Shown one piece after another: positions 51,496-64,000 of a DNA stretch of 64,000 bases. The notes beneath the pieces were generated by a model. It was not told where the DNA came from. It saw nothing but the letters and a program-made list of their open reading frames with translations, and searched no databases. Position 1 is the stretch's first letter, and every line of letters begins with the position of its first letter. Source of the DNA: Ghiorsea sp. (GTDB lineage Bacteria; Pseudomonadota; Zetaproteobacteria; Mariprofundales; Mariprofundaceae); contig JALWRX010000053.1 of NCBI GenBank assembly GCA_027080505.1, forward strand, positions 3,303 to 67,302, in the 5' to 3' direction. Position numbers and translations under genes: made by a program.

Positions 51496-52689
51496 ATGAA
51501 AAATGTGATTTTATTAAACAATTTGTTCAATGGAGAATATATTAAGGAAAAAGTTGGTGGTGAAATTATTAATATGTACCAATCTGACAATGGTAAATAT
51601 TATATATATGTAAACCCTTATGGTAATATTGATAAAAAATGGGATGACAGAATTAAATATGTATTATTTATTAGGTCAATTGGTAATGGCGCTGTAAAAG
51701 TTATAGGAAAAGCAAAAGTTGCCAAGCAAATAAGTCATAATGCCATTAGGAAAACAGGTATTGTAATTGATCCCTACCAGAAGCAATACATAGATACAAA
51801 CAATATTACATACGGTAATGTCAAAGTTTATGAGTTAGGTTCTTGGTCAAATTACTTTGTGACGTTTGAAGCAGAATCTGTTTATAGAGCTAAAACAGAT
51901 ATATATTTAACAACTAATGAGCACCAAGTTTATCAAAAGAATGGTACCTTTGTTTTAAAAGATATTAATAGAATAAATAATCAGTCACAAAAATTATATA
52001 TTGAGCAGGGAAATGTAAATTACGATGTAATATTAAGAGAGGTTATTCAAAACCAAGATTTCTGGAAAAAAAATAAAGTAGGCAAAGTTGATTTATTGGA
52101 AAACAAACCAAATACCGAAAGTTTTCTCTCAATAATAAAAAAAGAAAACGATGAATTAGTTAATTCCAATTTATTAGCATATTTCTTTGAAAATGACAGG
52201 AGATTTTGGTCTGACTTTGTTAAAAAAGTATTGGGAATATCAGATAAGAATGTAATCAATGGTGTTCCTAAAATCACAAGGGAATTAGTTGGTAATATCG
52301 ATTTATTAATAGAAATTGAAAAGTATGTAATTGTGATTGAGAATAAAATAAAATCAGGAATAAATGGCAAAAAGAATAATGGTTATTCACAGTTAGAAAA
52401 ATATGTAGATGTTGTCACTGAGTACTTTAAAGACCAAAAGCGTAAATCTTATTTTTATATACTTAGACCTGATTACAACAATGAAAATTATACCGTATTC
52501 AATAAAGGTGAGGTGTATAAAGAGATTAAATATTCTAAAATATATGAGATCATAAAAAACCGAGCTTCAAATTCATATTATTTTGATGAATTTAAAAAAG
52601 TTGTAAAAAAACATTCAACGGAATATGATAATGAGTTATTTGAACTAATGAATGATAGATTTATTGAGCAGATAAGAAGTAAGCAATAA
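51496..52689 (+). CDS. AT-rich PD-(D/E)XK nuclease family protein with an unassigned N-terminal domain
   Basis: KENDELVNSNLLAYFF, RE..GNIDLLIE...IVIENKI, QLEKY; visibly lower GC than its neighbours. Confidence 0.78.
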   Translation: MKNVILLNNLFNGEYIKEKVGGEIINMYQSDNGKYYIYVNPYGNIDKKWDDRIKYVLFIRSIGNGAVKVIGKAKVAKQISHNAIRKTGIVIDPYQKQYIDTNNITYGNVKVYELGSWSNYFVTFEAESVYRAKTDIYLTTNEHQVYQKNGTFVLKDINRINNQSQKLYIEQGNVNYDVILREVIQNQDFWKKNKVGKVDLLENKPNTESFLSIIKKENDELVNSNLLAYFFENDRRFWSDFVKKVLGISDKNVINGVPKITRELVGNIDLLIEIEKYVIVIENKIKSGINGKKNNGYSQLEKYVDVVTEYFKDQKRKSYFYILRPDYNNENYTVFNKGEVYKEIKYSKIYEIIKNRASNSYYFDEFKKVVKKHSTEYDNELFELMNDRFIEQIRSKQ

Positions 52690-52821
52690 CAAATGCCTAC
52701 AAGTAACAATCTATCCAAAATTCAGGACATAATACATAACTTAAACAATAACAGTAAAGGCTTTGTGCCTTGGTGTCTTTGTGGTTACATTACAGCTATT
52801 GAGATTCAGTAAGGATGCACA

Positions 52822-53475
52822 GTGAAACAAAGCAAAAGCAAAAAAGACCGCAAAACATCTGCATGGTATCAACGCCATGCCAATGACCCACACGTCAAAC
52901 GCGCCCAACGCGAAGGCAAACGCTCGCGTGCAGTTTTTAAGCTCACTGAAATTCTTGATTCCAATAGTATTCATATCAAAAAAGATGCAGTCATTGTCGA
53001 CTTGGGTTGCGCACCGGGTTCTTGGAGCGAAGAGCTACGCAACTATGTGGATAGTTCAGGCAAGATTATTGGCATTGATTTGTTGCCCTTAGACCCGATT
53101 CGTGGTGTTACCCTTATCCAAGGTGACTTTGATTCCCCCGAAGGACAAGAAGCATTAAAACAAGCCTTGGATGGTCGTAAAGTTGATTTAGTGGTGTCAG
53201 ATATGGCACCTGAAATGAGCGGACATAAGCTTGTTGATCAAATGCGTATGATTGGTTTGAATGAAATGACATTACACTTTGCCAAACAGCACCTCAAACC
53301 TGATGGTGATGTGCTGATGAAAACATTTATGGGGCAAGGCTATGATGCCTTTCGTCAAGAAATGGGAAAATCCTTTAAACGCATCAAAAACATTAAACCT
53401 GCGGCAAGCCGCAAAACTTCTCCCGAGTTCTTCCTTTTGGGTTTAGGCATGAAAGTTTGGAGTGAAGAATCATGA
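52822..53475 (+). CDS. rlmE: 23S rRNA Um2552 methyltransferase
   Basis: [34 protein letters not shown]. Confidence 0.95.
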   Translation: MKQSKSKKDRKTSAWYQRHANDPHVKRAQREGKRSRAVFKLTEILDSNSIHIKKDAVIVDLGCAPGSWSEELRNYVDSSGKIIGIDLLPLDPIRGVTLIQGDFDSPEGQEALKQALDGRKVDLVVSDMAPEMSGHKLVDQMRMIGLNEMTLHFAKQHLKPDGDVLMKTFMGQGYDAFRQEMGKSFKRIKNIKPAASRKTSPEFFLLGLGMKVWSEES

Positions 53476-54020
53476 GCCAAAATACCAATGACTATTTGGT
53501 TTGGATGGACTTGGAAATGACAGGCTTAGACCCTGAAACCGATACCATTATTGAAATGGCAACCATTATTACTGATGGGCAACTCAATATTATTGCTGAA
53601 GGCCCTAACCTTGTGATTCATCAATCTGATGAAGTGATGGGTAGAATGAATGATTGGTGCGTTAAATACCATGGTGATTCAGGCTTAACACAACGGGTTA
53701 AAGACTCAAAACTCTCTTTAAAACAAGCTGAACAGCAAACCTTAGATTTTATACGCAAACATGTTACCGAAGGCGACTCCCCGCTTTGTGGCAACTCGAT
53801 TCATCAAGACCGTCGTTTTTTGGTCAAATATATGCCACGCTTAGAAAGCTGGTTACATTATCGTAATATTGATGTCAGCACTGTCAAAGAGTTAGCCAAA
53901 CGTTGGTATCCAGAGCTACCAGCTTGGAAAAAACGTGGTGCACATTTGGCATTGGCTGATATTGAAGAATCTATTGCAGAATTAAAGCATTACCGCGAAT
54001 GTTTATTTCGCAAAACTTAA
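53472..54020 (+). CDS. orn: Oligoribonuclease
   Basis: [43 protein letters not shown]. Confidence 0.96.
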   Translation: MSQNTNDYLVWMDLEMTGLDPETDTIIEMATIITDGQLNIIAEGPNLVIHQSDEVMGRMNDWCVKYHGDSGLTQRVKDSKLSLKQAEQQTLDFIRKHVTEGDSPLCGNSIHQDRRFLVKYMPRLESWLHYRNIDVSTVKELAKRWYPELPAWKKRGAHLALADIEESIAELKHYRECLFRKT

Positions 54021-55081
54021 GAAGATGCTGATTGTTTGGTTCGTTCTGCGATAATCACCAATACAGACTGCACTAAAGCTGCCAATGGAATTGCAAAGAA
54101 CACCCCGACAACACCCCAAAAACTACCAAATACTAACACAGCAACAATAATAGCAATCGGATGCAGGTTCACCACTTCTGAAAACAACCAAGGAATCACA
54201 ATATTGGCATCAATAAGTTGAATAATCGCGTATGCCAGTAAGCTGTACATGGTCATATCTGTCCAGCCCCATTGGAAATAAGATAATAACACAACTGGGA
54301 TGGTGACAACCGCAGCACCAACAAAAGGAATCCAAACCGAGATACCCGTAAGCACGGCAAGCAATAGTGCATACTCATGCCCCATCATCACATAGACAAT
54401 CCACATCACAAAACCAACCATGGACGATTCCCAAAAGCGACCACGTATATAATTGCCCATTTGTACGTCCAACTCACCCCAAACACGGGTTAATAATGTG
54501 CGTTTCTTGGGTAGAAATTGTTGCGCCCAAGATTGAATACGCTGCTTATCTTTAAGTAAGAAAAACACCAATACAGGCACAAGAAAAACATAAACACCCA
54601 AAGCAATCACATTCGGAATAGATGCCAAAGACTTGGACAAAATCAAACCGCCCCACTCCTGCACTTTTTCTGCACCTGATGCAATTGATTGCTGCAAATA
54701 ATCAGCATTTAAACCAGTGGGGTAACGCTGTTGTAGGTCATGCACGGTATCTTTTAAAAGTTGAACATATTGCGGCACTTTGGAAACCAACAACCCAATC
54801 TGATCTGATAAAACAGGAACAACAGCAAGCATAGCAAACAAAACAGCTAGTAAAGCACCAATACCAACAAGAATAACAGCCAATAACCTTGGCAGTTTGC
54901 ATGATACCAAAAGCGATACAATGCCATCCAAAACATATGCCAAAGCAATAGCTACCAATGCTGGTGCTAAAGTTGAGCCAAACAAACCCAGAAGAACAAA
55001 AGCCAGCAGCAAAAATGCCAGCAGCATCATTAACTCAGTGTCTTCGAGTTGTTTATCAAACCATGCCAACACTGAGCGCAT
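54017..55081 (-). CDS. AI-2E family transporter (PerM-like)
   Basis: Multi-TM; [28 protein letters not shown]. Confidence 0.88.
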   Translation of the reverse strand: MRSVLAWFDKQLEDTELMMLLAFLLLAFVLLGLFGSTLAPALVAIALAYVLDGIVSLLVSCKLPRLLAVILVGIGALLAVLFAMLAVVPVLSDQIGLLVSKVPQYVQLLKDTVHDLQQRYPTGLNADYLQQSIASGAEKVQEWGGLILSKSLASIPNVIALGVYVFLVPVLVFFLLKDKQRIQSWAQQFLPKKRTLLTRVWGELDVQMGNYIRGRFWESSMVGFVMWIVYVMMGHEYALLLAVLTGISVWIPFVGAAVVTIPVVLLSYFQWGWTDMTMYSLLAYAIIQLIDANIVIPWLFSEVVNLHPIAIIVAVLVFGSFWGVVGVFFAIPLAALVQSVLVIIAERTKQSASS

Positions 55082-55083
55082 TT

Positions 55084-55569
55084 TTAAACTTCTGCCTCTT
55101 CTGCTTTATTGTGCGAACAATGGTTTCGCATCACCAAAACAACTGTGAAAAGACTACTTATTAACTGCAATATACTGCCAATACCATGCCAAAAGGCAAA
55201 AGCCCATCGCAGCGGGTCATCACTTTCCAGCGCTGAAATATCACCTGCTTCAGCTTTAATCATACTCATCATACTTGTCACACCAAAGGTATTCATCGCT
55301 ACCATAAGCACAAGCAAACCTAAGATATACCAAGTCGATTTTTTCACTTGAATGCGATAGCTAAACAACAGCGCAGACACCAAAAGAATAAGAATAGCTA
55401 GATTAGCCACATGAAAAATTTTTCCAGCAATAAGCCCTGCTTGCATAGATTCAAGCTCTGCAAACAACACTGGAGCAACCACATAAGCAGGCACCAGCAA
55501 AAGCCCCAACACAAGTGCCAAACTTAGCTTTAGCCCTGCATAATGAATACCTTTGGCTTTATGCATCAT
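55084..55569 (-). CDS. DUF4149/TMEM205-like membrane protein
   Basis: VAPVLF..L....AG.IAGKIF and FAFWHGIGS; four TM segments. Confidence 0.75.
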   Translation of the reverse strand: MMHKAKGIHYAGLKLSLALVLGLLLVPAYVVAPVLFAELESMQAGLIAGKIFHVANLAILILLVSALLFSYRIQVKKSTWYILGLLVLMVAMNTFGVTSMMSMIKAEAGDISALESDDPLRWAFAFWHGIGSILQLISSLFTVVLVMRNHCSHNKAEEAEV

Positions 55570-56041
55570 TATTGGTAGATAATCTCAACAATTTCTAATT
55601 CTCTATCGCCACCTGGCGCACGAACAGTTGCCACATCACCTTCTTCTTTACCAATCAAAGCTCTGGCAATCGGTGATGTGATTGAAATGGTTCCATTTTC
55701 GATTTTAGCCTCATCCTCGCCCACAATTTTGTATGTGATTTCTTTATCTGTGTCCAAATCAACCAATTTCACCGTTGCACCAAACACAATACGGTCTGAT
55801 TCAATCGTTTTAGGGTCGATAATTTGCGCACGAGCAAGTTTATCTTCCATCAATTTAATGCGTGCTTCATTCATGCCCTGCTCTTCTTTAGCTGCATGAT
55901 ATTCTGCGTTTTCAGATAAATCGCCATGGGCTAATGCTTCTTCAATAGCTGCAATGATATGATGACGCTTCTCACCTTTCATGATTGCCAACTCTTCACG
56001 CATAGCATCAGCACCTTCTTGGGTCATTGGAATACGTTCCA

Positions 56042-56042
<1 letters not shown>
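55569..56042 (-). CDS. greA: Transcription elongation factor GreA
   Basis: [31 protein letters not shown]. Confidence 0.96.
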
Positions 56043-59266
<3,224 letters not shown>

Positions 59267-59428
59267 ATGGTCTAACCTCGTAAGTCTTAATCTCGTTAAC
59301 CTAAATCCAAGCAAACAAGTGGGCAGATACAATGTCTGCCCACTTACTTTACTCACTTATAATATACGCGAACCCTAACAAAAAAATCCTACTAATGAAG
59401 CACCTTATATAGTGCTAAAGATGTAAAC

Positions 59429-59710
59429 CTATAATGCTTTAATTAAATCTACAGCATCCGTCGTCATTTGTTTTATTTTTGACTTCATTGCTCTGCGCAA
59501 TTTATCCACATCTGCTTTATCCATACCTGCAGCTTCAAGTTCATCAAAATCTTTCATGCTTGCCATAGAACCGCGAAGTTTTTTCAAAATCAAACGTACT
59601 TGAGCCATATTATCCGCGGCTTGTACCTGAGCTATACCAACAGAAGTATAATCCACAGATAACATACTTATGGACAATACCAAACCAATCATCAGCACAA
59701 ACTTATACAT
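59429..59710 (-). CDS. Small secreted helical hypothetical protein
   Basis: RBS GGAG; N-terminal signal peptide ending VQA; amphipathic helices. Confidence 0.65.
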   Translation of the reverse strand: MYKFVLMIGLVLSISMLSVDYTSVGIAQVQAADNMAQVRLILKKLRGSMASMKDFDELEAAGMDKADVDKLRRAMKSKIKQMTTDAVDLIKAL

Positions 59711-60011
59711 AAACTCTCCAATGCCTTCAAACTCACATCCCTGTGTGGCAAGGTGTTAACTATGCGAACAAGTCATACAATATGCAACCCAAAAAACGTG
59801 ACTTAAGACACAAAAGACCACAGATACTTCAAAAAAACCAGTGTTTGCAACACTCCCAACTACTAACCATAAATATTTAAAGTGATTATAATAAAACACT
59901 GCATTCTTTTTTCATACCGTTGCTCGCCAACACTTAAAAGTACAATACTTGTCGCTTTAAGCTCACTATGGCACGTTTCGCGATTAATTTTATATCATAG
60001 TGAGAAACCAT

Positions 60012-60905
60012 ATGAGCAGCCCCAAAACATTATTGCATGCAGATATTCAAAGTTTAAAACTTTTACACAGTGGCAAAGTTCGTGATATGTATGAAATTGA
60101 CGACCAACACCTCTTGATTGTCACCACAGACCGCCTGTCTGCATTTGATGTTATACTGCCATCACCCGTGCCCCAAAAAGGTGAAATATTAAATCAGGTT
60201 TCAGACTTTTGGTTTCATAAACTAGGACATATCATTCCCAATCAGGTTTCCAACTTAAGCCTAAATGATGCTATCCCTGATGCCAATGAACGTGAACGCG
60301 TGCGTAGCCGTGCTTTGGTGGTCAAACGTCTCAAACCTTTGCCTATTGAAGCTATTGTTCGTGGTTATTTGATTGGTTCAGGTTGGAAAGAATATCAAAA
60401 ACAAGGTTCTGTCTGTGGCATCAAGCTGCCTCAAGGTTTAAAACTTGCCGACAAGCTACCTGAACCTATTTTTACCCCATCAACCAAAGCAGATGTGGGT
60501 GATCATGACGAAAACATCAATTTTGAGCGCATGTGCGACATCATTGGCACAGAGCTTGCCACCCAAGTGCGCGATGTAAGCCTTCAACTCTATAAAGAAG
60601 CTGCTGCCTATGCTTTGCAGAAAGGCATTATTATCGCTGATACCAAGTTTGAATTTGGTTTGGATGAAGATGGCACACTCACCCTCATTGATGAAGTTTT
60701 AACCCCTGATTCTTCTCGCTTTTGGGATGTTTCGACCTATCAACCTGGCGTTAGCCCTCCAAGCTTTGATAAACAAATCATCCGTGATTGGTTAGAAGCA
60801 CAAGACTGGGATAAAACACCACCTGCACCCGAAGTTGATGCGGATGTCATGCAAAAAACTGCAGATAAATACCGTGAAGCTTTAACCCGCCTCACACAAT
60901 CATAG
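60012..60905 (+). CDS. purC: SAICAR synthetase
   Basis: [46 protein letters not shown]. Confidence 0.97.
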   Translation: MSSPKTLLHADIQSLKLLHSGKVRDMYEIDDQHLLIVTTDRLSAFDVILPSPVPQKGEILNQVSDFWFHKLGHIIPNQVSNLSLNDAIPDANERERVRSRALVVKRLKPLPIEAIVRGYLIGSGWKEYQKQGSVCGIKLPQGLKLADKLPEPIFTPSTKADVGDHDENINFERMCDIIGTELATQVRDVSLQLYKEAAAYALQKGIIIADTKFEFGLDEDGTLTLIDEVLTPDSSRFWDVSTYQPGVSPPSFDKQIIRDWLEAQDWDKTPPAPEVDADVMQKTADKYREALTRLTQS

Positions 60906-60920
60906 TTAGCTGAGTTTATT

Positions 60921-62789
60921 ATCGAAACTTCTTTTATTGCTCAAGTCCACGCAGACTTTGATAGTAAATCTTCTTTAGCTCAAGGACTTCAAGGCTATAG
61001 CTATCGTCAAGAACAAGTGGATTTGGCGGCAAAAATCAGTGCAACCATGGAACAGCAAACCATATTGATTGCCGAAGCTGAAACAGGAACGGGGAAAACG
61101 CTGGCTTACCTTATTCCTACTTTACGCTCATCCGATAAGGTACTGATTTCCACACACACCAAAGCTCTGCAAGATCAACTGATGTTTCGTGATTTACCCA
61201 CTGTACAAGATGCCTTGGGGGTGCGTCGTAAAGTTGCCTTACTCAAGGGGCGGAGCAACTATTATTGCCCACAACGCCTCAATATGCACCTGACAAGTAA
61301 TCAACAAGAAATATGGGCAAAAAAATCACTGCTTAAAGTCGCTAAATGGTCAGAAACAACAACCGATGGTGATTTATCCGCCTTAAACTTTGATGTGTTT
61401 GAAAAAGGTGTTGGTCCATTGGTTACAGCAACAGCTGATCAATGCACAGGTAGTAAATGTGAACACTACAAGCAATGTCCTCTGATGAAAGCACGGCAAA
61501 AGGCACAACAAGCTGATATTGTCATTGCCAACCACAGCTTATTGCTTGCCGATGCTTCGCTTAAATCTGGTGATTTTGGCGAGGTTTTACCCATATTTGA
61601 CACCTATGTGCTTGATGAGGCGCACAGTTTACCAGATTTGGCAAGCCGTCAATTTGGCATTCAACTATCCCGCAACAAACTCATATATTGGGTCAACGAT
61701 ATGCAAGCTGTGCTTGATACCCTTGGTGATGAGGCTGATTTAAAAGAACGGGTTCGTAAGCTTGGTGCAGAAGTGATTACCCAATGGGCAGAGAAAGACC
61801 TTAAAACCATTAAAAATGATTGGGAAGCCTTGTTAGACATCGCGATTTCACGAGAAGAACGCCATGATGATATGCTCAAAATGGTAGAGCGCGCCACCAT
61901 CATTTTTGAAGAAATGCAACAAATCCTCAGCCCACAAGATGGCTATGTCGTATGGGAAGAAGGCAAAGACGACAGAAAACAATATATCTCTGCCCCGATA
62001 CAAACAGGACCTGTGCTGACCCAGCACTTATGGGAACGTGAAGCTTCTTTTGTACTACTATCGGCAACACTTCGAGTATCCGACAAGTTTGACTATAACC
62101 GCAACCGCTTAGGGCTAAGCCAAGAGCTAGCAGAAGAAAGTTACCACCCTTCTCCTTTTGATTATCAACAACAAGCCATGCTCTATTTACCCAAGCATAT
62201 CCCTGACCCTAGAGCTCAGAACTACCAACAAGTCATGCAAAATGAGATTGAAGCATTGTTGCGAACCTCTCGGGGCAGGGCATTTGTTTTATTCACTTCC
62301 CATTATGCTTTAAGAACATATGCCACTCATTTACAGCAAGCATTACCTTGGCAAGTCTTGGTACAAGGTGAAAGTGGTAGTCGCGACATGATTCTCGAAG
62401 CATTTCGCAAGGATAAACACTCAATTTTATGTGGCACACGCAGCTTTTGGGAAGGTGTGGATGTACCAGGTGAAACATTATCACTCGTTATTATTGATAA
62501 AATACCCTTTGCGCCACCTACTGATGTATTGCTTAAAGAACGCACCAAGCATTGCGAGGCACAAGGTGGCAATGGTTTTATGGATATTCAGTTACCTGAA
62601 GCCATTGCAGTGCTCAGACAAGGTGCAGGGCGCTTAATTCGTTCCACATCAGACCGTGGTGCCATTGCGATTTTAGATTCTCGATTGCATAGCAAGCGTT
62701 ATGGTCAAGAAGTGATTCGTAACTTACCCCAAGCACCCATCGCCCATGATTTAAGCGATATGCGGTGGTTTTTTGAGGATATGGAATAA
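60921..62789 (+). CDS. DinG/YoaA family Fe-S DNA helicase (true start upstream of GTG 61017, uncertain)
   Basis: Q motif GYSYRQEQ, EAETGTGKT, LKGRSNYYC, further Fe-S cysteines, DEAH, FWEGVDVPG, QGAGRLIR. Confidence 0.9.
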   Translation: METSFIAQVHADFDSKSSLAQGLQGYSYRQEQVDLAAKISATMEQQTILIAEAETGTGKTLAYLIPTLRSSDKVLISTHTKALQDQLMFRDLPTVQDALGVRRKVALLKGRSNYYCPQRLNMHLTSNQQEIWAKKSLLKVAKWSETTTDGDLSALNFDVFEKGVGPLVTATADQCTGSKCEHYKQCPLMKARQKAQQADIVIANHSLLLADASLKSGDFGEVLPIFDTYVLDEAHSLPDLASRQFGIQLSRNKLIYWVNDMQAVLDTLGDEADLKERVRKLGAEVITQWAEKDLKTIKNDWEALLDIAISREERHDDMLKMVERATIIFEEMQQILSPQDGYVVWEEGKDDRKQYISAPIQTGPVLTQHLWEREASFVLLSATLRVSDKFDYNRNRLGLSQELAEESYHPSPFDYQQQAMLYLPKHIPDPRAQNYQQVMQNEIEALLRTSRGRAFVLFTSHYALRTYATHLQQALPWQVLVQGESGSRDMILEAFRKDKHSILCGTRSFWEGVDVPGETLSLVIIDKIPFAPPTDVLLKERTKHCEAQGGNGFMDIQLPEAIAVLRQGAGRLIRSTSDRGAIAILDSRLHSKRYGQEVIRNLPQAPIAHDLSDMRWFFEDME

Positions 62790-62790
62790 T

Positions 62791-63720
62791 TTAACCCACA
62801 AGCTCCAATAACTGCGGCTTTAACCTTTCCACACTTGCCTTACCTTCTGCTATCGCATCTTCAGCTTTATCATAATCCATCAAACCAATATGCCCAAGCC
62901 TAGGCTCTAAAATCACATCGGCAGGGTCACCTGCCAAACGACTTCGCGTAATCCTGTCTTGCATAATATTCAGCGAGCCATACATCACCTCAAACATGCC
63001 AGGTGCACCTGTACGTTTGCTCAACCATTGCTTTAACAGCGTATTTTTGCGTTCACTTAGTTCATTTTTCCATGTGTCCGATACACGTTCCCATAATGAG
63101 TCATTTATCCGCATTTTTTTATTTGTTTCTTTTGTTGAGTCCTTCCGCTTTTCATGTTTAAGCAACAAATCACCATTTAAGTTGACTGCAATCACCACAT
63201 CCGCACCCAAAGCTCTACATAAGGATACAGGCACTGGATCGACCAAACCACCATCCACGAGCCAACGCCCTTCTCGTTGCACAGGTGTAAACAATCCTGG
63301 TAAACTAATGGATGCACGCACGGCTTCTAAGAGTGAACCTTCACGCAACCATACTTCTCGCCCACTATCCAAGTCTGTAGCTACTGCAGCAAAAGGTATA
63401 TCCAAAGCTTCGATAGGTTTTTCTTGCATATACTCTCGTGCAAAGCTCAATAGCTTCTCACCCCGAATCACTCCGCCTCGCATGACAGACATATCTAAAA
63501 AACCAACGATTTCTTTCCATGTTAAAGCAGTTACCCACTTTTCTAAATCGGCAAAATGACCACCAGCATAAGCTCCTCCTACCAGCGCACCAATAGAACA
63601 ACCTGAAATCACATGCGGTTCAATACCTATATCTCTCAAAGCTGTAATCACACCAATGTGTGCCCAACCACGCGCTGAACCACTACCTAAAGCAAGTCCT
63701 ATTTTCAATTGGCTATTCAT
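62791..63720 (-). CDS. rssA: Patatin-like phospholipase RssA
   Basis: LALGSGSARGWAHIG, GCSIG nucleophile, LVDGG, IMQDRITRSRLAGDP. Confidence 0.9.
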   Translation of the reverse strand: MNSQLKIGLALGSGSARGWAHIGVITALRDIGIEPHVISGCSIGALVGGAYAGGHFADLEKWVTALTWKEIVGFLDMSVMRGGVIRGEKLLSFAREYMQEKPIEALDIPFAAVATDLDSGREVWLREGSLLEAVRASISLPGLFTPVQREGRWLVDGGLVDPVPVSLCRALGADVVIAVNLNGDLLLKHEKRKDSTKETNKKMRINDSLWERVSDTWKNELSERKNTLLKQWLSKRTGAPGMFEVMYGSLNIMQDRITRSRLAGDPADVILEPRLGHIGLMDYDKAEDAIAEGKASVERLKPQLLELVG

Positions 63721-63735
63721 TTAAATGACAACCTA

Positions 63736-64000
63736 TCACTGTGCAGGTGGAGCAATAAAACTTTTTTCAATCACGCTTTTTTTACCTTGTTTGAGTTGTA
63801 TATTTCCCAAATCAACGACTTGAACAACATGACCATTCGCACCCAACAACTCCAGCCTTGCTGGATATGTGCCTGCAGGAAGCGGTAAACGCGCAAAAAG
63901 AATGTTTTTAGGTAGTGTTAACCAGCTTCGGGTATCTGCTGTTTCCGTTACCATACCTGCAACATCAACCAGAAAACCAGCCAAGGCTCCACCCTTATCT
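63736..64000 (-). CDS. C-terminal end of a COG3014-like (lipo)protein (start outside window)
   Basis: ETADTRSWLTLPKNILFARLPLPAG motif; frame open to the window edge. Confidence 0.65.
   Translation of the reverse strand, partial: DKGGALAGFLVDVAGMVTETADTRSWLTLPKNILFARLPLPAGTYPARLELLGANGHVVQVVDLGNIQLKQGKKSVIEKSFIAPPAQ

Noticed and set aside
51436-52703. Integron cassette interpretation of the nuclease gene (GTTAAAT upstream, TAACAAATGCC at the stop)
   Set aside because: The downstream CAATAAC does not fit RYYYAAC or complement the upstream core, no attC hairpin is evident, and there is no intI.
59267-59356. Longer N-termini given by the ORF track for carB (also secA, xseA, yhiN-like and the TPR ligase)
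   Set aside because: Family homology and RBS positions point to downstream ATGs; the extensions look like non-coding leader.

Overview
A 64 kb bacterial chromosomal segment of moderately low GC (roughly 40% by eye). Gene content (Coq7, HpnCDE, proteobacterial housekeeping genes, multiple chemosensory clusters) suggests a proteobacterium, possibly a zetaproteobacterium (Mariprofundus/Ghiorsea-like); this is inference only. Most of the window is housekeeping: erpA, cmoM, coq7, xseA, ffs, tRNA-Ser, thiC, ssb, argJ, secA, ygfZ, hpnCDE, ffh, ahpC, rlmE, orn, greA, carB, purC and a DinG/YoaA helicase. Two signalling loci stand out. (1) At 1-8758 a chemotaxis operon encodes a membrane-anchored Aer2-type heme-PAS chemoreceptor, then a 1217-codon protein, then cheY and cheA. 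The large protein has two tandem voltage-sensor-like domains, a CASTOR/POLLUX-like pore with an EF-hand-like loop, two RCK-like domains and a C-terminal CheZ-like DxxxQ module. That module has its own in-frame RBS/ATG, and a candidate -1 frameshift signal links the receptor to the channel ORF. (2) At 14903-21720 a compact chemosensory operon (CheW, MCP, CheA-REC) is headed by a PilB/GspE ATPase fused to an intact receiver domain. Non-coding or small-scale observations include two IS5-like MITEs (one truncating a TfoX gene), a DARS-like DnaA-box triad, an AT-rich PD-(D/E)XK nuclease gene flanked by inverted repeats, a frameshifted yihY 5' end, and a helicase that appears to need a non-canonical start. 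All domain calls are from motif recognition by eye; no database searches were run.
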